From the IMG/VR virus record IMGVR_UViG_3300032046_000006, positions 32,001 through 96,000 of that record: a stretch of DNA of 64,000 nucleotides; one strand, 5' to 3'. Numbering within the stretch: the first letter of the stretch is position 1; each line of letters begins with the position of its first letter. Below the pieces are notes generated by a model. That model was not told the DNA's origin, did not search any database, and was given only the letters and a program-made list of their open reading frames with translations. This document shows positions 50,675 through 60,416 of this stretch, in pieces. The translations under genes were made by a program, and so were the position numbers. The stretch is from a virus.

Positions 50675-51268
50675 TTAGTCCCAAAAAGCAAAAAACCATT
50701 TCGCAAAAAGTTTCATACCTTCATTGTATTGCTTCTCATATTTTTCTTTCCATTCGACAGGAGTTATATCCAAATCAATATATTTTTTAGCCAATTCAAA
50801 TGATTTTATTATTTTATTTTGTATTTCATTCCATTCTTTTTTGGCTTGGTGTTCAGATTTTCCTTTTTTCCAAGTAGGTAATCCAATCGAATATTTTTTT
50901 AATTGTCTTAATGCTTGAGGAATCATTGTTGACAAATAATTGTCAAAATCCCAAGTATTATTATCGCCAAAACCTCTAAATCCTCTTTGAAAAAACCAAT
51001 AAATCCTTCTTGGTAACATATCCAAATAATTCCAAAAATATCTATACCACCAAGATTCTAAATACCATAATAGAGTTCTTTTACTTTTTAATCCCTTTCT
51101 CATTTCTTTCACAGAAATAAATCCTTCCTTAACATCACAAGGTTGCCCGCATTTTTGACAAGTATAATAACAAGTTCCTATTTTCATTGTTTTGGGATTA
51201 TCACCAATGAAATCGGAGCACACTTCTGATTTTACTTCTGCCAAACAACATTTTGAATATTTTTTCAT
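50675..51268 (-). CDS. Hypothetical protein (Cys-rich N-domain plus QRG..G....WDFD.YL domain)
   Basis: ORF with SD; N-domain shared with 37483-37773. Confidence 0.55.
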   Translation of the reverse strand: MKKYSKCCLAEVKSEVCSDFIGDNPKTMKIGTCYYTCQKCGQPCDVKEGFISVKEMRKGLKSKRTLLWYLESWWYRYFWNYLDMLPRRIYWFFQRGFRGFGDNNTWDFDNYLSTMIPQALRQLKKYSIGLPTWKKGKSEHQAKKEWNEIQNKIIKSFELAKKYIDLDITPVEWKEKYEKQYNEGMKLFAKWFFAFWD

Positions 51269-51276
51269 TATTCCTC

Positions 51277-51784
51277 CTATTTATAGACCATCGCAAAATG
51301 TTTAATTTCTTTCCATAAATCTCTTTCACTATTAGCTCTAAACATTGTCTTTCTTCCTTGCCCATGTTCTATTGTAACTAAAAAAGCAACGCATTTATTA
51401 TCAATGCCACTATCATCTTGGTATTGCTCAACTAATCGGTCTATTTTTATGGTTACATCTCGGAAGATTTTATCTTTTAATCTTTTTTTCATTTTATAAT
51501 CCTATTCGTAGGCGTTCTAAAACTTTTATTTCTTCTTCGTGCTCGGATAATATTCTAATGTATTCGTCCAATACTTTTAATCCTTCATCTACATAATCTT
51601 TTAAGTTTCCGCTTGCACCAGGTATTATTCGATTTATATAGTCCCATAAATATCCATGTAATTCTTTAATGTAATCAAAAATTTCGCTATTTGAATCTAT
51701 TTTATCTTCTCCCAAAAATGCGAAAGGTCTATCTTTCATCTTTTCTCCTTTAATAATCGGCATAAATCTGAAAAAGTTAAACAA
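51277..51784 (-). other. Two small hypothetical ORFs
   Basis: ORF track. Confidence 0.5.
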
Positions 51785-52068
51785 ACCATAATACCTTCTA
51801 TAGGATGTTTAATAACATAAAGAACTTTTTTTGAACTACCAAAAGGAATTGAATTTAATAATTTTTGCCAAACTTTTATTTTAAACCAATTATCGTCGTT
51901 TTTATCTTCTACAAATAAATTATAAGAAGTAATATCTCCTATTTCAGTATTATGTAATCCGCCTGAAGAGGCTTTTGATGGGCGAATAGGAGGGGTTTCT
52001 TTAAAAATCTCTTGAAGTTGGTTAGCGACAAAAATATCTAATTCTTTGCCTTTATCGTAAGTATTCAT
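51736..52068 (-). CDS. PD-(D/E)XK nuclease, Hjc-like resolvase
   Basis: KGKELD..V, SSGG, GDI...VEDK. Confidence 0.6.
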   Translation of the reverse strand: MNTYDKGKELDIFVANQLQEIFKETPPIRPSKASSGGLHNTEIGDITSYNLFVEDKNDDNWFKIKVWQKLLNSIPFGSSKKVLYVIKHPIEGIMVCLTFSDLCRLLKEKR

Positions 52069-52077
52069 CTTTATAAA

Positions 52078-52311
52078 TTATTTTTTTCCATGTTTTAAAA
52101 CTTTAACAATAGAATTGAATTTTCTTTTATCTTCGGTTTCTTGCATTTTTTGTGTAGTTAATTTAAAAGCATCCATTAAAAATTGTTCTGAAAGATTAAT
52201 TTTGTGTATTATTGAAGAATGATTGCGAAACATTTTTCTAAAAAGAGAATAATTTTTTCTCATTGAATCATAAATTTGATTTAATTTAATTATATGTTTT
52301 ATTAAACTCAT
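52078..52311 (-). CDS. Hypothetical protein
   Basis: ORF coupled to primase. Confidence 0.45.
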   Translation of the reverse strand: MSLIKHIIKLNQIYDSMRKNYSLFRKMFRNHSSIIHKINLSEQFLMDAFKLTTQKMQETEDKRKFNSIVKVLKHGKK

Positions 52312-54239
52312 AAATTATTTTTTAATTTTATCTCTTTGGTCTCAAAATTAAAATATGTTTCTTTTATTGCTGTTGAATAATGCCCTATCGGATTCCTAAT
52401 TTTATCACAACTAAAATGAGATACTAATCCAATATCATTATCATCCCAAATAAAACGTGCAGCAAAAGCAGGATAGGTATTGATTAAATCAGGAGCAAAC
52501 CATTCATGGGTCGTTTTCCTGATTTGAACAAATATAACCAAAATCCCGCCACTTCTTCGCATCTCTTCATTAAAATGTTTTAAAATACTTTGAGTCTTAG
52601 CAAAATCTTCGGCTTGGTCAAGCCAATCAATAATTGTAAATGAATGAGATTGGATTTCTATTTGCATAGGATTTACGGGAGGATGGTCATCATCTACTTT
52701 TGGTGTATAATAATCGTTGCAAGTTAATCCCATTGCCTTAATATCTTCTTCAAAAGAACTTCCACTTTCTAATGGAATATAATATGGTTTTACTCCTTGT
52801 TCTTTAAGTTGTTTTATGAAGTTGACTGCGAGTGTCGTTTTGCCTTCCCCATAAGCGCCACCGATTAAAATAATATTTCCTTCATAAAATTTGGCAACTT
52901 CATTAAAATAAGGCATTTTTATAAGAGAAAGAGGATTAATTATTTGAGGTTCATCAGTCCAGTCCACTTGTTGTTTACAATTATATTTTCCTCTTCCTAC
53001 TCTACTCAATTTTCCTTCTTTATGCAACTTAGCCAAATATTTATCAACTGTTGCTCTTTTTTTATTATCCCCAGGAAAAACATGGTCTATTATATCTTTT
53101 GCTCCAATATCGTTTTGAATTATTTGGCATGCATCATAAATCGATTGTTCTTGGGTTTGTTCTTCGGTTCCTTTGTATCCTTCAAGACTTCCTAACATTG
53201 CCTCAATGACATTTGTTGGCATTGGATTTCTTAACCAATTTTTATTTAAATAAAATAAAATTCCTTTAACTATATCTACTGGCAATCCCATTTTTACTAA
53301 TACTCCTCCGAAACGAACAAAAGTATCGTTGCAGCATCCTTCAAGATTATTGTTCACTAATTCTATGGGATGTTCTATTGCATCTTTAGTTTTTTGCGAT
53401 AATTCGGATGTTGATTCTGTTTTTCTGCCTTTATCTACCTCTATTAATTCCAATAATTTAGATTTTAATTCTGAAGAAATTATTTTTATTTCCACCCCAA
53501 GATTAATCCAATTATAAGAATTTCCTTCGTATTTAGAAGGAGAAACTAAAAAATATCCTTTCTCAGTTCGGGTATCTATGGCTAAACCAGCCACATTTAC
53601 CTTTTGTTTAACCCAAAGTTTCGAATCAAAAATAAATACGAAATGTTTCCCGCCTCTTGGGGTATTTTGGGTTAAAGTTTTATTATCTTCTAATAATTTT
53701 TTTAATTCATCTCTTAGAGGAATAGATTCTTCTTTTATTTCTTTATCATCAAAATCAATTATCATTACATTACTAAATTCGCAATTGACTGCTAAATTAC
53801 ATCCGCTTTCTAACCAATTTAACCATTTAGATTTTTCTTTAGTGCTTACTCCTTCTTCTCTCCAATGTTCATCTTTTAATGGCTTTTTACTATTTTTAGC
53901 AATAGCAAATAAACTCCATCCGTACTTTTGATAGGCGTCGAGTTCAGGACATACATCCATTTTCATAGTATCGGTCATAAAGGAGACAATTTCGTCATTT
54001 GTAAGGTTGGGTTTTTTTTCTACTAAACGAATAAGGTCATAGGTATCTCCTTTAAATCCGCATACAAGACAATACCATTTACTTGACCCAGGAATAGTAG
54101 TCATCGTAGGAGAAATAGATTGAAATTTATGTTCTGATTGTTGAGGACAAGTAATTAAAATCTGTCCCCGCTTACTGGTTTTAGTAAAATTAGGAATCTT
54201 TTCTTTTAGATATTTTAATAGGTCTTCTACATTAATCAT
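52308..54239 (-). CDS. Primase-helicase (Zn finger + Prim-Pol + RecA-type helicase)
   Basis: CP...H...CLVC; IDFD, TPRGGKH, DTR; GGAYGEGKTT; IIDW. Confidence 0.88.
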   Translation of the reverse strand: MINVEDLLKYLKEKIPNFTKTSKRGQILITCPQQSEHKFQSISPTMTTIPGSSKWYCLVCGFKGDTYDLIRLVEKKPNLTNDEIVSFMTDTMKMDVCPELDAYQKYGWSLFAIAKNSKKPLKDEHWREEGVSTKEKSKWLNWLESGCNLAVNCEFSNVMIIDFDDKEIKEESIPLRDELKKLLEDNKTLTQNTPRGGKHFVFIFDSKLWVKQKVNVAGLAIDTRTEKGYFLVSPSKYEGNSYNWINLGVEIKIISSELKSKLLELIEVDKGRKTESTSELSQKTKDAIEHPIELVNNNLEGCCNDTFVRFGGVLVKMGLPVDIVKGILFYLNKNWLRNPMPTNVIEAMLGSLEGYKGTEEQTQEQSIYDACQIIQNDIGAKDIIDHVFPGDNKKRATVDKYLAKLHKEGKLSRVGRGKYNCKQQVDWTDEPQIINPLSLIKMPYFNEVAKFYEGNIILIGGAYGEGKTTLAVNFIKQLKEQGVKPYYIPLESGSSFEEDIKAMGLTCNDYYTPKVDDDHPPVNPMQIEIQSHSFTIIDWLDQAEDFAKTQSILKHFNEEMRRSGGILVIFVQIRKTTHEWFAPDLINTYPAFAARFIWDDNDIGLVSHFSCDKIRNPIGHYSTAIKETYFNFETKEIKLKNNL

Positions 54240-54588
54240 TTTATAATTGCTCCCATTCTATTTCTTTAGTTTTTTCAATTAAGTTATTTCCACATTCTAA
54301 ACATCTAGTCCAATAATGAACAAAAATTACATAACCAGTTACATCCAACCAAGATTCTACGACAGCAGTTTGTTTAGTTTCTTTTTGGCAAAATGGGCAA
54401 TTACTATGAATAGTTCTCATTTTTAATATCTGTAATCATATTGATATATTTCTTCTTTTCCGCAACGCTGACATTTATAATGACCATAAATAGACATTCC
54501 ACTATCTATTCTGGTTACTATAAAATTATTATGTCCAAATAAATAACAAATTAATTTTTTTAACATTTTATTCAAAAAAAATGAATAT

Positions 54589-55137
54589 CTATTCAGCCCG
54601 AAGATAATCTAATAATTGTTCAGCTATTATTTTTACCGCTTCTGCTATAGTTTGCGGGTCGCTTCCTGCAAAATTACCGCTTACCGCCGCTCCTGCCGCA
54701 TTGATAGAATTTCCTTTCATTATTTGAGCAGTTTTCTCAGGATTATCATAATTGGTATATGTTCTTTCTTTTTTTGTTTCGTTAGGTTTTGTTTCTTCTT
54801 TAGGTGATATATCTTTACAACCCCAACATTTAGGATAATTAACTCCTTTTCCTTTTAATTCTTTTCCGCAAACTGAACAATTAGTATAAGTTCCACCTGT
54901 ATCTTCTTTGGGAGATTCTGTTTTTGCTCCGCCAGAAACTTCTTTGATTAATGTTACTTCTCTTTTTACTCCTTTTTGAAAATAGGTAACTTCTACTACT
55001 TTTCCTTCGTCAATCTTTGCAAGAAAAGGAACTACATTATCATTAGCATTAAACCAACCTTCCTGCCCTTCCAAAATAAAACCCTTGCCATTTCCCGCTT
55101 TCTTTGTTATCTTTGATGTTAGTGTTAATACAGCCAT
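54589..55137 (-). CDS. Putative single-stranded DNA-binding protein (OB-like with Zn ribbon)
   Basis: GF.L...WFN beta region, CSVC..CWGC, position upstream of primase. Confidence 0.5.
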   Translation of the reverse strand: MAVLTLTSKITKKAGNGKGFILEGQEGWFNANDNVVPFLAKIDEGKVVEVTYFQKGVKREVTLIKEVSGGAKTESPKEDTGGTYTNCSVCGKELKGKGVNYPKCWGCKDISPKEETKPNETKKERTYTNYDNPEKTAQIMKGNSINAAGAAVSGNFAGSDPQTIAEAVKIIAEQLLDYLRAE

Positions 55138-55286
55138 TTTTTATTCCTCCTTTTCGTTTATTAATTCTATTCTAATTTTATGAACGCAATCAAATCCGGA
55201 TAAAGATTTATTTTTCAATAAATAATTAATATCATCCTTATTTACTTCAATTGTAATAAATCCATCTTTAAAAATTTCAAAATACA

Positions 55287-56465
55287 TTATTCCTCCTTTT
55301 TAATTAATTTAATGTTTCCTTTAAAATGAAACTCTATTAGTTTTCCATCTTTATCTATTATTACATTGCCATTATCACCTCTTAAATAACAAGTAAATTC
55401 TCCGGTTTCGTCGTCTGCTTCTTGAACTCCAGGAATTATAGTATCGGTATTCATATCAATAACATTATATTCAAAATGTTTTGGATTTTCAATATTAAGA
55501 TACATTCTTTTTCTCCTTTTTAAATAATTTTTAAAATTCTATTATTTTTATCAACATAACTGTAAAATTTTTTTAAAATTTTTACTCTATTCTTCCCAAA
55601 GGTTTCAATTTACTAATTTCTTCATCAATTGTTAATAACTTTCTATTAATGTTTTCAATTAAAGTAAAAATTTGGTTAACTACTGTTGATGATATAGTAT
55701 CTTCCAAATCTGGAAAACAACCTAATTTTTCTCTAATTTCACTTACTCTTCGATAAGTTATCAATAATTCATTTACAACTGTTATAACTTGTTTTTCTTC
55801 CATTTTAAATTCCTCCTTTTTAATATTCTTGAGATATTCTTTTTGATAAATTCTTAAATTCTTTTTTGGATAGTTTTCTCTTTTTTGAATTATCCTTGCT
55901 CTCATTATTTCCACTCAAATCAATATCAAAACTATCCGATAATTGTGCTATTTCTTTTATTTTATCTTTAGTTGCATAAGATTGAATTTCAAAATAAGCA
56001 GGTTTATCTAATGGTTCGCCAGTAACTTTAAGATAAAGACTAAACCCTTTCCTAATTATTTTTCCTTTATTCATATATTTCTCCTTTTAAACATTTTTTA
56101 CATCTTTTTATTCCTGCGAAATTTTTCAATAAATTCGATTTAAACAAAAAACATCTAAATCTTGGATTGTCTTCTCTATAATCTTGGCAATCGCAATAAT
56201 AACAATATCCGCAATATTTTTTATCAGGAGCAACATTTATAGTATAAATTCCTCTAACTTTTATAATTGGCATTATTATTCCTTATTTCAAAGTATCAGC
56301 ATCTATTGCATACTTTCCATATATAAAAATATAATGACTTTCCGAATACTTTCCAGTTCCATTACATACTTTACATTCTTTTTGGGGAATTGGTTTGCCT
56401 CCAATATTAGAACAACAATAACAAGATGATTTTGTTATTTTTTTAATTACTTTAAGTTTTTTCAT
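55287..56465 (-). other. Cluster of small hypothetical ORFs
   Basis: ORF track; several CxxC proteins. Confidence 0.5.
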
Positions 56466-57206
56466 TTATTTTTCCAATTTGTAAATTTTAGCAAATTTAA
56501 TTTGCATACTTTTAAATGGAATTTTATGTGGATATAAATTTTTTGGAATTATTTTGTTCAATGCTTCTTTAATCGGATTCTCGATATATTCGGGAAGAGG
56601 ATTTATCAAATCAACAATCATTTTTCTCTTTATGAATTCTGCTTCTGAAGAAGGCTTGGTTAATAAATTATCCGACTTATCCCCCTGAATCTTTTCAAGC
56701 AAAACTTTGGTTGGGTTAAGAACTACTTTAAATTTTTTACTGCGTGGTGAAAAAATAGAAACATTTGAAAAAGTTAATAACATCTCCCAATCGACATCAC
56801 TTGAAATTAAAATTATCTCCTTATTTCTATAATAACGACAACAAACGCTTGCAATATCATCAGCCTCCGCCTTATAAATTTTAATTTGATGAATGGGTAA
56901 ACTTATATTCATTTTTTCATATAAATTATTGAATTTCTTATAACATACTGCTCGCCATTCTTTTTCTTGTTCTGCTATTATGGCTCTCTGTGCCTTATAA
57001 GATTTGTCGATTTCTTTTCTCCAAGAACCATAATCTAATGCAAGGATAATTTCATCATCTAAAGTAACATTCAATTTATTAAAATAACCGCTTATCATAT
57101 TTAAATAGGTATATTCTACGGGAACATTCGGATTTGCCTTTGAGGCATACATGGCGATAAACTGTATATTTCCGCCATCTATTACTATGACTCTTTCATT
57201 TACCAT
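56466..57206 (-). CDS. 5'-3' exonuclease (T4 RNase H/FEN-like)
   Basis: VIDG, WRK....YKAQR, EADD, SSD.D, GDKSDN. Confidence 0.92.
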   Translation of the reverse strand: MVNERVIVIDGGNIQFIAMYASKANPNVPVEYTYLNMISGYFNKLNVTLDDEIILALDYGSWRKEIDKSYKAQRAIIAEQEKEWRAVCYKKFNNLYEKMNISLPIHQIKIYKAEADDIASVCCRYYRNKEIILISSDVDWEMLLTFSNVSIFSPRSKKFKVVLNPTKVLLEKIQGDKSDNLLTKPSSEAEFIKRKMIVDLINPLPEYIENPIKEALNKIIPKNLYPHKIPFKSMQIKFAKIYKLEK

Positions 57207-57210
57207 TTTA

Positions 57211-57657
57211 TTAATTTTCTTCCTTTTCTCTCGAATATTCTCTTCTATTTCCTTCTATTCTATCTTTTGCATCAAAAATTAATGCCTCTGCTGACCTAAT
57301 ATATCCACATAATAAATCTCGCAAATCTCTAAATACTCTAACATAATCTTTCGATAATTTTTCTGTAGCTCCATCCTTAAAACCCGTGCCCAAGGTTTCC
57401 TTTTGTTCTGCATAATAACGATATTCTTTTTGTTTTTTTATAGATAATGCTTTGCTATAAATAGGTTGAAGAGTTGCTACAATACCTGTTAATCTGGTCT
57501 TTGCTTCTCTTAATTCATCACTTGCAGATAAAATATCTCCTATAAATTGAGCAGCATAATCGTCTATAGTATCAAACATTTCTTGGCAATCTTTCAATAA
57601 TTGGGTTACTCCTATTTCACCTTCATCAAAATATTTTTGAATTTTATCATAACGCAT
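57211..57657 (-). CDS. UvsY-like helical recombination mediator (putative)
   Basis: 148-aa all-helical protein next to 5' exonuclease in a RecA-encoding phage. Confidence 0.35.
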   Translation of the reverse strand: MRYDKIQKYFDEGEIGVTQLLKDCQEMFDTIDDYAAQFIGDILSASDELREAKTRLTGIVATLQPIYSKALSIKKQKEYRYYAEQKETLGTGFKDGATEKLSKDYVRVFRDLRDLLCGYIRSAEALIFDAKDRIEGNRREYSREKEEN

Positions 57658-57890
57658 TATTTTCTCCTTTTTTGCCGGCGTTCTAATTTTCTTTTTCTTT
57701 CGATTCCCCCTAATAATTTATGTCTAATCTCTGATTTTTTGATGTGGTATTTTCTTTCTTTAATTTCCTGCAATATTCCTTCTTTTATCACCTTTTTCAA
57801 GAAATCTTTTAACATCTTCTCAAAGGCAAAATCTACTGGAATATTTTCTGATAATTTAATTTCTTTTTTGATTTCTTTTGGGTCTGTCAT
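57657..57890 (-). CDS. rpsU: Ribosomal protein bS21
   Basis: FEKMLKDFLKKV.KEGILQEIKERKYH.K.SE.R with basic tail. Confidence 0.8.
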   Translation of the reverse strand: MTDPKEIKKEIKLSENIPVDFAFEKMLKDFLKKVIKEGILQEIKERKYHIKKSEIRHKLLGGIERKRKLERRQKRRK

Positions 57891-58279
57891 TTTATTCCTT
57901 TTTCGATGAATGGACGGGTTTCTTTTTCTTTTAAAATTTCAAATAAATAACCTTGAGTATTAAATAAAATAGCGCATAAAGCCTCTATCATACTTATTTC
58001 TTCGCCTGTTCGTTTATCTATTCTTTTATATCCTCTATGAATCGCCCAAACATCCAATACATGTCTTAATAAAGATTTCATATATGCAGTCTTGGGGATT
58101 CCTTTTTTCCAATTATCTGAATCTCTTAATTTCCCATCTGCCTGTTTGCGATGTTTAGTCATATAATTACCAAATGCCTCTATTACCAAGGGGTCATAGA
58201 ATCCTTCGTAATCTGCTTTTCCTTCCTCGGAATTTCTAGTTGCCCCCGAAGAAAAAGTTCTCATGGTTTTGTTTTCCAT
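57887..58279 (-). CDS. dATP/dGTP diphosphohydrolase (DUF5664-like)
   Basis: F.SGA.R...GK.DY, DNWKKGIP, SL.RH, A.LFN. Confidence 0.75.
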   Translation of the reverse strand: MENKTMRTFSSGATRNSEEGKADYEGFYDPLVIEAFGNYMTKHRKQADGKLRDSDNWKKGIPKTAYMKSLLRHVLDVWAIHRGYKRIDKRTGEEISMIEALCAILFNTQGYLFEILKEKETRPFIEKGIK

Positions 58280-58280
58280 A

Positions 58281-58715
58281 TTATTCTCCTTTATTCCAAG
58301 GAATATGTCCTTTTTTAAATCTGGTTTTAAATCCATTTTTAGGAGCTGTTCTGTTCAATCCATATAAATAAGCATGTTTATTGTTTTCTCTTTTTGTTAC
58401 CCATTCTAAATTTGTAAATAAATTATTTAATTTATTACCATCTCTGTGATTAACTTCTGGTTTGTTTCTTAAATTTAACACAAAATATTGGGCTACTAAT
58501 CTATGAATAGAAAAATCTTTATGTTGTTTATTATGATATAATCTAATTCTTCTATATTCCCAACTCAAAAAAGGTTTTAATATTCTTTCTCTTAATTTTT
58601 GTGGTTTACTTCCTTTATGTCCGCAATACAATAATCTTGAAATTCTCTTAACTCTTCCATGAGAACTAATTTTATAATTATCATATTCTTTAATAGTTTT
58701 CCAAAATTCACGCAT
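58281..58715 (-). CDS. NUMOD4-HNH endonuclease
   Basis: WK.I..Y..Y.IS..GRV; IHRLVA..F; VNHRDGNK.NN...NLEW. Confidence 0.93.
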   Translation of the reverse strand: MREFWKTIKEYDNYKISSHGRVKRISRLLYCGHKGSKPQKLRERILKPFLSWEYRRIRLYHNKQHKDFSIHRLVAQYFVLNLRNKPEVNHRDGNKLNNLFTNLEWVTKRENNKHAYLYGLNRTAPKNGFKTRFKKGHIPWNKGE

Positions 58716-58725
58716 TTTATTCTCC

Positions 58726-59805
58726 TTAACGAAATTCTGTTGCATTTTTTCTTAATAAATATTCTTCACTAAGATTTTTTAATATCTTTCTTCCAAAAAT
58801 TCTACCTTTATATTCATACTTTTCATTTTCTATTTTAGGTTTTATTACACAACCTTCTCTTATTTGTTCTGAACATCGTAAGGACTTTCCATCGGTGCAT
58901 AATTTTAAGGTATCATAAGTATATTGCCCCTCAAATAAAACAGGAACATAAGGCAAATTATATTGAATACAAAAAGAAACAACATCACACCAATCCAAAT
59001 ATTTATTTTTATATTTTATATCGAAAATAATTAAATCTCTTCCTTTTATTCCATAAGTCAAATCTTGAATTCCTTCGCCATAAATTTCCCCATAAATAAT
59101 GTAATCTGTAGGAATGATTTTATCTAAATTATATTTTTTTACCATTTCATACCAAATGTCTTCTTTGTAAAATCCCTTATGAAGAGAATATTTTTTCTTT
59201 TGGACAGTATGCGATCCGTATACGAATTCATACTTTTTCCCAAACAAAAACATAATTATATTCCATAAATTATTTTTGGGTCTTGGAAGATTGCCTACCC
59301 GAAAATTGCTTCCATGAATTTTCTCGCTAATTATTACTTCTTCGCCTTCCAGAAACATATCCGAAAAGTGTTTGAAGTTTTCTATATCAGTATACTTGTC
59401 AAATAGAGGATTTAATTTCTTTTTTGTTACCTGTCCTTGCGACTGATTGATTGCTGGCTCCGGAACTTCGTATTTGGTTATACCTAACATTTCTGCTACA
59501 TTCATTCCTTCGTTAAGTTTATAATCTTCTGGAACATCTAAAATTAACCCTTGTGAAATTTCTCCTCGCAACTTTATGGTTCCTACTCTCCCATTTTTCT
59601 TTAAAAATTCTAATTTATATTTTTCAATAAGATTGGTAGGAATAATACTATCAGGAGGGCAAAAAATAACTAAATCCCCTTCCTTATATTGGTCTAATCC
59701 TACAATACATCTCCATCCCTTGATAGTAATAATTGAAAGTTTGTCTGCATTGGGATGTTTTTCTATCTTATTTACTTTACAAATTTCAACAATAAGTTGG
59801 CTCAC
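58726..59805 (-). CDS. RNA ligase, DRB0094/Rnl5 family
   Basis: N-terminal HPNADKL OB domain; EKIHG; YGE; IFDI; REG.V. Confidence 0.9.
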   Translation of the reverse strand: MSQLIVEICKVNKIEKHPNADKLSIITIKGWRCIVGLDQYKEGDLVIFCPPDSIIPTNLIEKYKLEFLKKNGRVGTIKLRGEISQGLILDVPEDYKLNEGMNVAEMLGITKYEVPEPAINQSQGQVTKKKLNPLFDKYTDIENFKHFSDMFLEGEEVIISEKIHGSNFRVGNLPRPKNNLWNIIMFLFGKKYEFVYGSHTVQKKKYSLHKGFYKEDIWYEMVKKYNLDKIIPTDYIIYGEIYGEGIQDLTYGIKGRDLIIFDIKYKNKYLDWCDVVSFCIQYNLPYVPVLFEGQYTYDTLKLCTDGKSLRCSEQIREGCVIKPKIENEKYEYKGRIFGRKILKNLSEEYLLRKNATEFR

Positions 59806-60416
59806 TTCTTCTCCTCTTTAGGTTCTTTTCTTTTTAATTTATATTTTTCGTCAATAAATCTTAGGTATTCAGGTAGTGTATTAAAAACTTCTCCTTCACT
59901 TACAAGAATTATTTGTAATAAACTTTTCGGCAAATCTTTTTTTGGCATATCGGTAATGAGATAAATGGGAATTCCATGTTCAACTGAGATACCACATTCG
60001 GCAAACGATCCGCATGGGCGATCGCCTTTATTATAAATAAAGGTCAACCAATCTGACATTAATACATAAGCAATATCACCAGGAATATGCACTAATTCGT
60101 TTTTTCCATCGATGTATCTCTTCCCTTTCCAAATCTCTTTTGCACGTTCTTTGAATAAATCCCAATTTCCTGAAGAAACCCATCCTATCATTTTTTCTTT
60201 TATTTCCTCAGTTTTCATTCCTGTTTTTGATGCTTCTAATGAAACTGGGTCAATTGGATAAACATTCCTTAATAATAACTCTTTTTTTGGTTCTGTTCTT
60301 TTTCCAGTACCATCATCTTTTTCAGCACAAATTTCCATTGAGCCGATAAGATAGCTTACATACTTAAATTGTTCTTCTAATTGGTCTGGAGTAGGATATG
60401 ATTTATTTTCTTCCAT
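59802..60416 (-). CDS. Nucleoside 2-deoxyribosyltransferase-like protein
   Basis: YLIGSME, D...V..SD, GS..E. Confidence 0.55.
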   Translation of the reverse strand: MEENKSYPTPDQLEEQFKYVSYLIGSMEICAEKDDGTGKRTEPKKELLLRNVYPIDPVSLEASKTGMKTEEIKEKMIGWVSSGNWDLFKERAKEIWKGKRYIDGKNELVHIPGDIAYVLMSDWLTFIYNKGDRPCGSFAECGISVEHGIPIYLITDMPKKDLPKSLLQIILVSEGEVFNTLPEYLRFIDEKYKLKRKEPKEEKK

